Assembly (NCBI GenBank): GCA_964035545.1
Contig: OZ037766.1
Span: forward strand, 6,624,722-6,688,721
Direction of reading: 5' to 3'
Source of the DNA: Bugula neritina
Lineage: Eukaryota; Animalia; Bryozoa
DNA: 64,000 nucleotides
Shown here: positions 32,001-42,700 of the stretch, one piece after another
Layout: each line of letters opens with the position of its first letter
Position numbering within the stretch: position 1 is the first letter of the stretch
Notes under the pieces: generated by a model
Databases searched by the model: none
What the model was told of the DNA's origin: nothing
Seen by the model: the letters and a program-made list of their open reading frames with translations, nothing else
Made by a program: the position numbers and the translations under genes

Positions 32001-35000
32001 AACTTAGGCAATGCCCTAGAATCATCCGACCAACAGGGGGAACCGAGTGATGAAATAGCTGGAAAAAATTTCCAAGTACACCACTGAGGAGTATAGTATA
32101 ATCAGTGCTTAGCTCTATTCTGTTCCGTAAATGCATAAACTTTAATTCAAAGTGCTTATTAGGTGTTTCCTTGCCTGGTGACAAAGTATCTTTCCAACAA
32201 GACATTAGCCAACTAAAAACATTTGCAGCTGAAAACTAAGTCTAATTAAATGACATTTACAGCACACCATTTTGATACTTAGCCTGCTTAAAAAACTATT
32301 CCATCAAGGGTTCTCACAGAAATAGTGACTATAAACTATAAACGTAAGTTTTTTACTGCAAAACTCCATATTCAAAGTCTCAGCTGACTGACTCACCTAC
32401 TCTGAGGATGTTAGTGGGTGCAGCCGGACCAGACGTACACAGTTGCTGCTCCTCCAGGGTCTGTGTAATCGTATTCAACAGTTGGGTAAAAGGCTGCTGT
32501 GGATTGCTACTGCTGGGGTCAAACAAAGTCACATTTGCTGCAGATATCATCTCTTTACTCATCACCTTCGTGATGTCATAGTAATGACCGAATGAGGATT
32601 GTGCCTGTAAACAGATATACTGACAAAGTTTATTTACTATTACTTTTTTAAAATGTCCTGTTAGTCAAAAGGTGTAATAATTACTTTTTAAAGAATTTTT
32701 AGAGATATATGCAAAGCTCATCAGTCTATCACTTGAAAAGAAACAGTAGATGTTACAATTTAGAATGTAGATTATATTTTCTTCCAAGTGGAGTAAGCAT
32801 GCTATACAGCATACCTTATTGGAAATTAATTGAGAAGATAACTCTAAATGTGTACATAATGATGAGTAATGATCATTGTGTACTGATGAAAAAAAGTTCA
32901 ACAATGGTATGTAAGTTGTTGCAATATTGTCAAAAATAATGTAATACAATATAAAAAAAGGTTATAAAAATTATGACTTTTTACGCAACAATGTACATTA
33001 CATAAAGAAAAGTAATGCTTCAGTCAAACATAACGAATTGTTAACAATTATTATCAAACAGGATTACTGATATCAAGTAGTAGTATTATAACAGTTTTAC
33101 TGTTATGGATAGTCACGAAAAGATGCAACAATTTAAAATTGATACGCCGAGACAAAAAGTTCTGGTCAACAACTGCCAAGGAATGCCTCCAGCAAGCGCA
33201 TTACTTCACAGGTTTGACCCAATAAGACAGGCAATGTCACTGGTTTCAACAGTTACAGCAAACTCTGTGGATGACAAAACAGGTGAACAAATATTGGTGT
33301 TTATCAAATATGACAACACAACTGCAACTTAAATGCATCGCATGTTCATATAACCTTATAGCAGGTGACAATTTGCAAATGATAAAAACTAAAAGTAAAT
33401 ATCGACACCTAACTTTAGAGCATAAAAAGTGTTCTGAGACTGAATAGATTAAAGAGCAATATTCAACAACTCATTGAAGTCATTAATTTTAAAGTTGTCT
33501 CCCCAGTGGCGGCTGGTTGAAATGACCAACTATTGCTTTGCATCTATTCATTGCGAAAAGATAATCAAATATTGGCCAGTTTGTAAGTTAATACATTATT
33601 ATTGTGAGTTTAGAAAGTAGTGAAAAGTCAAAGAAATCGGATGTTAAGAATAACAACTCAAAACAAGTTCACAAGATAGTTTGGCCTGCAGACCAAAGTG
33701 AGATGAAGTATACTATGGAAGGCTTACGAAACATAATTTCAGATTTAGAAAGTCAGATTGAAGGTGAAAGAATATGTATATGTTGAGTCATCAAAAAATT
33801 AAAACTATGATTTTTAAGAACACTATTTTCCAGCAAACTAAAAATACCAGTTTGGAGAGGCTTTTGTTGCTAGATAAATAAGAAAATTTAGCAAAAGCTG
33901 CTGTCAGAAATTTAATTATGTTTTGCTGCAGTATACATGAAATGTTTTGAAAAATCATTTTGATTGCATAGAAAAGAGAAATATTCTGGTTTATAAAACA
34001 TGAACACCTTATAAAGAACATTAGTGATTGGTTTCCCCAAGTTTCAATAAATTTTGAAATTTTAAACATAGCTTCAATTATGCTCGTGAGAATTTGCAGC
34101 GTAAATTTACCACTTCTTTTATTATGTTTGCAGTGTTTACTTGAATAACTCAATATTTGCTAAAACTTGAACTTAGAACAAACCTTTTATTTGAAGGAAA
34201 GAAAAGAAATTGGGAGTCATTTCACGAAAGCTTGCTGACTGAGATGAAGCAGAAGTTAAGGAACATACAGTACGCCAATAATGAAATGAACTGGGTGCGG
34301 AGAGACTGTGAAAGACTGGAAAGGAACTTCTCAGGTCTCAGCTCGGATATGAAAGTCAAAGAGGAAGAAGTAAAGAAGTTGACGAAAGAAATAGACCTTC
34401 CCCTAGGAGAGGTGAGGGCGGCTAACAACTCCATTTTATAAATAAAACAAAATGCTGCTGAAAATCTGAACAGTAAAGCATCAAAAACCTAATATTAATT
34501 AGCACAATATACATATAAGAGCACATAATTGAATAGAATATTATATGTGAAGAATGTTGGAGAAAGTTTTAGGGTTTCAGCTGTAGGAATAAAAATTAAG
34601 CACAATCTTATAAAATCAACAGTAGACATTTTACTGCTACAGGTAAAGAGCTTATTACCCAACATGTGGTCAAGGTACTTGCGGCTGTCTACGGCTCAGT
34701 CAACAGACGTGATGTTGCTAGAAATCACAAACATAAGGAAAAAGTTGCAAAAGTTTGAGCAGCTTGTCAAGAGCAAACAAGAACGACTTAAGAAAAAGGA
34801 GCTAAAGTCTGAGGTTATGAAAAACATGCAAAGAATAACAAAAGTTGCAGGCTCTTCAGCCAGCAGCCACAATATCACAGTAAGACAACTCCTAATACAC
34901 ACAATAGTATGACATTTTCATGGTAAAACCCTTCAGTATAAAGAACTGTAGACATAAATTAGAACTATTGAAAATAGTGAGTATGTTTTTCCTAAACTTG

Positions 35001-37294
35001 ATATGAAAAATCCAATCAGAGACAGCAAATTGCAAAACTATTTCAACATACATTTCTGTTATAGCAATTTCATCTTTTACTTGCGAGTGAGGTGAAGCCG
35101 CACTGAATAAAAAAATGAGACAACTCCTCAAACTGTTGACATACTACATAATTAACTGCCTGCAAGCAAAACATTTATCCATGGCAGACTATATGCAGGT
35201 TTTCTTTGTGCCATCAATGAATGCATTTTCAACTCTAAAACTCTAACATAGGGAGAAGTTAGAAGGCAAACGGATGATACAAACACAAGAGATATAAGAG
35301 ATTTCACAAATAGACTTAGTACTATATTCAGTTCGCTGTTGAATAATACAACACCATCCAGCACTAGCAGCAATGCTGGAACAGAAGCTAATCATAGAAA
35401 CACACCGGACACTCCTGGTTGCAGGTGAGTTTAAACTGAAAAACACAAAATTTCTATTCAACAAATTGAAATTTATAAATTAAACGAACACACATGCCAA
35501 TTAATGAAAAAACACTCACTTTTGAAAAAAAAGTCTAAAACAAAATTATAATATTTAGGAATGCAGAGCCGAGTGGTTCACAAATACCACCACCAACGAT
35601 GTTTACTGACCACGGAGAAGCCATGGATGAGACTGAGGAGATACCAAACGAGAATGAGACTTTATTTGATATAGAAGATGGAGAAAATCTAATGGGACTT
35701 ATTGGAACTTATCTGTAGATATCAAAACTTTAGAAATAGGAATACAGTGAAGTAGATAATATGGCTTATACTTCACTTCTGCCCAATAAAAACCGAGAAT
35801 TTGCAAAGCAACAAATCCTCATGGTGTTTGCACAAATCTTCTTATTTATAACCAACCAACAAGGCAGCGGTGACAAATAAATGGAAGAATTTGTAGACTA
35901 GACCATGTAACTAATAAACTTCATAATGAAAATACCAAAATTTCAAACTAAATGGATTTATTTGCTTTTTTCTTCTAGAAAAAGAGGTCAGATCTGTTGG
36001 CTGTAAATTCAATAAAGTAGCACAGTTTTCAGGATTTTAATTTAACTTGTGTCAAAAAAATTGTTATTGAAAACTTATGAGTATTTCTCATAGATTGTCA
36101 GTAGAATAACATATTGAACGTCTGTGAACACGTCTATTCAGTAGTAAAGAGATGTTATACATCACACCTGATCGGCCATAGCTACGTTCTTGTACCTCCA
36201 GGCTATAGACAAGTCATCTCCTTCAGCACCTGGAGCCTTAGGTAATGGATCAGACGGCATGTGAGTTATGGGCTGTGGGAGATCCTACAGTAAGCATTTA
36301 TATTGAGCCTTTATAAATACAACTATTAGGAATTGTACAATATACGAGTATGCACACACGAAAGCACGGACACACGAACACATATATAATATAATAATAT
36401 AATATAATAATAAAACATAATATAAGATAATATATATATAAGAACAGCAGAATAGATCCATTTGTTTGTTTTACTTCAAGTTGCTGGCTAAATTGATGCA
36501 ACATTGTGAGCCTTCATTCATCCATAATTTTATTAATTATTAGTAATATCTTGACACCAAAAATAAATATTATATTATACCTATTTTTTACTTTATAAAT
36601 ACACTTAATCCTGTAACATAACTATAACTTGATACTGTAACATACGTGTAACTAAATATAAGGGGCACCTGCAGAATGAGTGAAGGTCGCTTGTCAGCAG
36701 ATGCGAGAAGAATTTTGTGTTTACTAGTGACTGCCTCGGCAAGGTAATACTTGAGGAAAAGGCTGGCATATGTGTTGTATTTATCTTCATCTATTAGCAA
36801 GCAAGACCCAACGGCAATACCCCCACCTAGTACCAAAACAGAACAAACACTGGATTATCAATTTCAGCTCAAAACATTACAATTACATATCTTATTAATG
36901 TCGTAAACATGGACTAGGGTAAACTATCACTGGCTAAATTATTCTTTGACATATGATTGGAAAAACAACTCCTTCTTTTATGAGTCAATAAACAAAAAGA
37001 ATAAACCAAAATGTAAACTTACTCAGCACTACCAACTTCAGTAGGCGAGGTGACAATTTGAAGTCAATTTGATTGACTACTGATTCAATAGGCTAGGTGA
37101 CAATTTGATTAATTGACGTAAATATGAAACTATACCGTCTGAAAATTCAAACCTATTAAAGCATCAAGAGATGGTATTCCACTGGAAACTAGAAGTGTAT
37201 GATTCTGTATAGATGGTTTTGTTCCAGGTATGGAGAACACTTTAGCACCTTTCTTATGAAACCCTTTACTTCTGGCAGCATGTTGATGTGCCAT
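26054..37294 (-). CDS. ELP4: Elongator complex protein 4, 360 aa; exons 37294-37153, 36826-36669, 36284-36168, 32604-32397, 32058-31925, 27925-27820, 26754-26648, 26164-26054; probable 5'UTR exon ending at 38119
   Basis: [82 protein letters not shown], terminal IDF. All junctions are in phase. Confidence 0.95.
26757..27326. repeat. 21-bp minisatellite (~27 copies, unit TACAGATAGGTTACTCATGTA) abutting an ELP4 splice acceptor
   Basis: Near-perfect tandem array; it produces the repetitive ORFs in the ORF track. Confidence 0.97.
28766..31634. mobile_element. Decayed ISL2EU/PIF-Harbinger-related DNA transposon with ~0.9-kb inverted arms (28766-~29660 and ~30736-31634) and an AT target-site duplication
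   Basis: Ends AGAGGGGTTTCAGACATCCC / GGGATGTCTGAAACCCCTCT, flanked by AT at 28764-65 and 31635-36 (empty site caATtg). Internal minus-strand remnant RFGLSNRQVSQIF...LREALNPMIVF..EVNKTIPPQ resembles the HTH preceding DDE_Tnp_4 domains. Confidence 0.8.
33105..35718 (+). pseudogene. Nested antisense multi-exon coiled-coil gene or pseudogene within ELP4 intron 32605-36167
   Basis: Exon-like blocks with GT/AG borders at 33105-33282, 33365-33394, 33614-33763, 34197-34411, 34643-34813, 35065-35198, 35252-35424 and 35559-35718. Peptides are K/E/L-rich heptad-like with an acidic C-terminus. TAG then AATAAA at 35785. Some blocks have in-frame stops. Confidence 0.55.
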
Positions 37295-37379
37295 TGCGGA
37301 TGTGACCTGTACATAAGAGGAAGAGCAATTCAAATGTCCACATTCTTTAGCCAAATGCAAATAACGTCATAATTATTAG

Positions 37380-38100
37380 AATAATGCTAATGACTTTTTT
37401 TTAATAACTATAATAATATTGAACTATGTACCTCTTTTAGTATAAGTAGTAAGTAATATTTTTAATTTATAATAAATACTTACAATTATTTATATTATCA
37501 TTATGATTATCATTATGTCAAACTTAAACTTGAAGTTAAACTTAATGATAGTTCAAATTTTTTGCTTTAATATCTGTTGGGTGATAGTGTCTGTAGTCAC
37601 AATGATACTAATACTTGAAGTTGATTCTGTTAGTAAGCATTCAAACTCAAAGTGAGTATGAGTATTGCCTATTGGCATCATCATCAGATCATCATGACTA
37701 TGATTATACCATTACGAGTATGAGTATAACTATAAGCAACACTAACTAACTTTAATTGCAAAGTCAAAGTGTAGTGATTACATTAATGATGCAAAGTGAA
37801 AGTGAAACTTTGACTTTCAGTTTCAACCTAAAACAAACTTTGAACTTCAAGTTGAAGTTGAACAACTGACAAGAGCTCTGAAATTAAAATCTGAACTCTT
37901 CCCATCATAATTTAATAAATAAGTACTCTCAGTTTTACATTACTGAAATATTAGTATATATAGTACAATGATCTATAATATCAATATGAATACCAAACTT
38001 GATAATAATATGAAATTGAATACAACGTCAACAGTGAGCAACATGAACATAATATGCTCATTAATCATTATAGTTATTATTAATAATTATTATCTGGGAT
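37380..38100. repeat. 3-bp-periodic mosaic tract in ELP4 intron 1
   Basis: Examples: attatcattatgattatcattatg, aacttaaacttgaagttaaactt, gagtatgagtattgcc, aacttcaagttgaagttgaac. Confidence 0.75.
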
Positions 38101-38109
38101 GCACAGTTA

Positions 38110-38500
38110 TCTAAGTACCTATAAAAGCAGCACCGAGTTGAGAGTGACTGAGCACAGTATTTGTATAGAAATTCCCAACCCGAGAGCCCCAAACTAATGG
38201 CAATGCACTTAGTGACAACCAACTTGGTGCTGTTTCAAGCAATTTTGCACGCAATTTATCAAAACATGCCTAAATAGTTTTATTGCAATGAACTACAACT
38301 TCCTTAGTTATAGTTCAATCCTTAAATATCTATTTTTGAACATTGTGTGGACTCCCACTTTGTTTATTCTGGGAAAGGTGAAGACATACATAAGCTAAAA
38401 CTAGCGTGCCCAGTTCATTCACGTTTGAAAAATTTCTTTCAAAATAATATTATTATTGTTATCTAGATAAGTTGCATCACATGACCCACCAGCTTGATGT
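38110..38500. promoter_or_regulatory. Probable bidirectional promoter of ELP4 and MAN2B1
   Basis: Non-periodic, CpG-containing core between divergent genes. Minus-strand donor TAG|GTACTT at 38119/38118; TCACATGA (E-box/CLEAR-like) at ~38477. Confidence 0.5.
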
Positions 38501-39320
38501 ACTATTACAATAATACTTTAGTTGACTATCACTCAGTATCAGTAGCTACATTTGCTGCAACTAGTATTAGCATAATTTTTACTTTGCTATCACCAAAATT
38601 ACAATGCTACAGAAGCTAATTGTTTTAAAATGAATGTAAATTATATTATTATTACTAATAGTAATACTAATACTAAGTCTAATAGTAAGTCTATTACTAT
38701 TAGTAATACTAATACTTATATTTATATTGACTAATAAACTTATACTATTGCTATTACTATTACTATTAGTATTAGTTGTAGTTATAGTAATACTAATATT
38801 AATAGTAATGCCTGTAATGGTAATACAGTAATCAGTAATGAGTAATCAGTAATGGTAATACTTATACTAATCCAATCGTAATACTATTGCTATTACTAAT
38901 ACTAATAGTAATAGTAATTGAAATCTAATTGTTATAGTCGATAGTCTAAGAATTATTATTTAAACTTTACTATGATTATAGGTATATCAAGTATCAACTT
39001 CAAGTATATCGAATTCAATATGAACATCACCGACATTATGAGTGTGACTATCAGTAGCTATCACCATGACTATGTTTTAGTTTTAAATGTATATTTATGT
39101 TAGTGTTTCACATTTATATTATGGTTATGGTTATCATTATGATTATCATTACGATTATCATTATCATATTCATCGACACCATGATTTAGATCATGATTAG
39201 CATGAAAACGAAAAGTCATTGCTATCATTGTGATCAAACAATATCAAATTTATCATAGTGATGATTATAAACTCATCATCATGTTGGATTTTTTAATTTT
39301 GATCTTTGTAAAAGTAGAGT
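38500..39320. repeat. 3-bp-periodic mosaic tract in MAN2B1 intron 1
   Basis: Parses as att act aat agt aat act aat act..., then att atg gtt atc att atg att atc... Confidence 0.8.
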
Positions 39321-39756
39321 ACTCAATTTTATTATCAAATATGCAGTAGTGGTTTGGACATGATTTTGAAAAAAACAAAAGAAAATTTAAAGCACTAAAA
39401 GTAAAAGGTTAGCAGTAATACCAACAATTTAAATTTTTATAATTTAACATGAAACTTCAATAAAGTTTTAAGCTTTAATAAAACTCAAGACTTCTGATAG
39501 ACTTTGACAATAGGTAAATGGATTGACAAAGTTTAAAAGCACAAAAAAATTGAAGCAATGCAACACTTTTAACTCAAGTTTGTAAATGTCAAGCTTTCAG
39601 TTTGTGGTAATTGCACTATAATTATAATGCATTGTTTGTACATGTTTGATGAAATAAACAGAGTAAATCTTAAATCAGTCAATATCATTATTTGAAATGA
39701 AGACCTATGTTTAATTACTTGCACAGGTTGCATGTTTCTTACAGTTTACAGTCCAA

Positions 39757-42700
39757 ATGAAGTTGAATAGATGCCTGCTGGTCTGTAGTGTTTTCATATC
39801 TCTTGTGGACTATGTCATCAGCACTTGTGGCTATGAGGTAAGCTGGTATATTGAACTGTTTAGCAGCAGTATTTTTAACAACCGTATTATACTTCTGTCA
39901 TTGTCTTGTACAATAAATATGATGTAAACATAATATTAAGACATATAAATTTTTATTGTTTGTGTTGGAGTGCAAATGCAGACATTTAAGTTTTAAAATA
40001 CATGTGCTGTAATGAGATTGAAACTGGTTTATATATATATATATATAACTTTATGTTCTTAGGCCTGCGATCTTGGCAAAGAAGGGATGATTAACGTTCA
40101 TTTGGTTCCACACACTCATGACGATGTTGGCTGGATCAAAACTGTTGATCAGTACTATGTAGATGGTTAGCGAGACTTCTGCTTATTTATTTAGATGTTT
40201 CATAACTTTCATATAATATCTGTAGGTACATAATATGAACTTGGAAGTTAACATATTATAGTAGTGCAGATTTATAATAGAAAACGTGTTTTAGATCACC
40301 AATTTATGAAATCGTAATTGAACTCTTGCCACTATAATTGTGAATTTTATGTAAGTGACAAGCTAAAACTTAGCACTCATGTTTTTTGTTGGTTTTTTAC
40401 TGTTGATCTTAGATCTTAGCTCATTGATTATGCTTCCAACTCCTGTGAAAATTTATAATATCAAGGCACCAAAAATATTTTCAATAGCGAGGGGGGAGTG
40501 TATTGCTCTTTGTCCATATGGGTTGCTGTATTGTAGAGGTGCAATACATTCTGGACAGTGTGGTCTTAGCCTTAGAGGCAAACCCAAAGAGAAAGTTTAG
40601 CTACGTTGAGACAGCATTCTTCTATAGGTGGTGGAATCAGCAAGATGATGCTGTAAAACTCAAAGTCAAACAACTGGTTAACAATGGTTAGTCATTTGGA
40701 AACTGATGTTCAATACAATACACACTGCTTAGACTGCATTATCATGTTGAGAACTCAAAGCATCTTTATTCTAGCATCAAGTCAAGTACTTTGTAAAAGT
40801 AGAGTATAAAATGTGTTATTTATAGGAATTACATAAATAATTATTTAGACATGTTTGCTCTGCTGTCTAATAAGATATTGTGACTGGCCTCCAAGTCAAT
40901 TGCCAATTTGTACTAAAACATTTATGCCTCATTCGCTCAACCACAAATGTCTATCAAGTGGGTTAACTTGTATATGGTCACATGATCTAATCACATGATT
41001 TAATTGATTCTAAGTTATACCAATATCATAGCTTGAAATTTGTTGATAAGTATAATGTTTTGGTGTTCAGCTTCTAGTAGAATAGCTGTTAGAGCCTATA
41101 TATAAAACTTTATTACTGGTACAACTGTTACATACTAAATATGAAACTGTAACTTATATAAAATACATAAGTAACTGAGTTTTAGCTAGAGGTTATGTAA
41201 GCAAGTTGTAAAGCTATAATTTTTGTTAAGATTTAAATTTCAAATCTTTTCAAAATTTTGCAGGGAAAATAATGTAATAATAATAATAATATAATAGAAT
41301 ATAGTCAATTGAGTGGTTATGGCTGTGTAGACTCTCTTACTGTTGTCATGACCTTCCATGGCGGTATATTATTAACACTTCAATTGCATGATAACAGGTC
41401 AGCTGAGCTTCATCCTTGGTGGCTGGTGTATGAATGACGAAGCAGCAACTCACTATAACGCTATAATAGACCAGCACACGATTGGAGTGAAATGGCTCAA
41501 AGAGAACTTTGGAGAATGTGGCAGACCTCTGGTTGCTTGGCAGATTGACCCATTTGGTCACTCCAAGGAACAAGCTAGTCTCTTTGCACAGGTTATTTTC
41601 TTTTACTTTACGATGGACTAAATTACGAAGGCTTGTTTCATACAATTTTTTACCTCTAAATTTGTGCTTTGAATTTATGATGCCATAATATCTGCATGTA
41701 TACAGTTTCTTTACAATAGTAAGTTTTGTAGATATATGCAGTGTTGCGCGCTGCACCTTTAAACAACAGGCAGCTTAGATTTGCATGTCCCAGTTTTGAG
41801 TCAACATAATTTGATATTAAAGAATGGGTTTCCAAAACTAGATGATATACATGTGTTTGGGTTACAGATGGGGTATGATGCTGTGTACTTTGCTCGAATT
41901 GACTACCAGGACTATGCAAGGCGCAAGAAAGATAAGGAGTTGGAGATGATTTGGAGAGCTAGCCCTGACCTCAATACGGAGCTGTTTGCTGGCGCCCTCT
42001 ATGGCCAGCACTACGGCCCTCCACCAGGAATGAACTTTGACATATACGCTCAAAATAACATACAAGTGAGTTCCTTGTTTACTACTAAAACTTTAACATA
42101 ATTAGGGCTGTTTGCAAATAATTTGTTATTGGTATCAATAGATATTTGAGAAGCCTGCTTTTTCATGCCATGTTATGTACTTGATGTGCTTTGCTGAATA
42201 TACAATCCTAATCCTACTATTGTATGCTGAGCAACAGATTTATTTATATATAGGTTAGTGGGGGGAGGAAGAAATGTTTCTTGAAGGTTACAGTAAGGTG
42301 TATGAACAATGTGAATGCGTTTAGCTAGGCTAATGTTCAACAGATAATATCACCGAAAAGAATCTTCTGCTTTTCACCTTAATACACTTTCTTGAGAATT
42401 ATATTTTGGTGCAGCCCTGAACAAGCTATCAACTCTTAAGTCTTTTGTCTGGCATATATTTTTATATCAATTATAGAAAAGGATGCTGCATTGGGTGTTC
42501 CAAAGTTCACATTTGTTGTTACAAGTTGGTTACTGGCTACAATCCCTACCATCAACATCTCTCATGTGATCTAAAATGACATCTGCCAATGACAGTTGTT
42601 TTTTACTTGTTGACATGTAGCAATAATATAGACTTCACAATGTAAACATGGCAATGACATAGAAATTGTGATGGGAGACTGATAATGTTGTAAATTTTTC

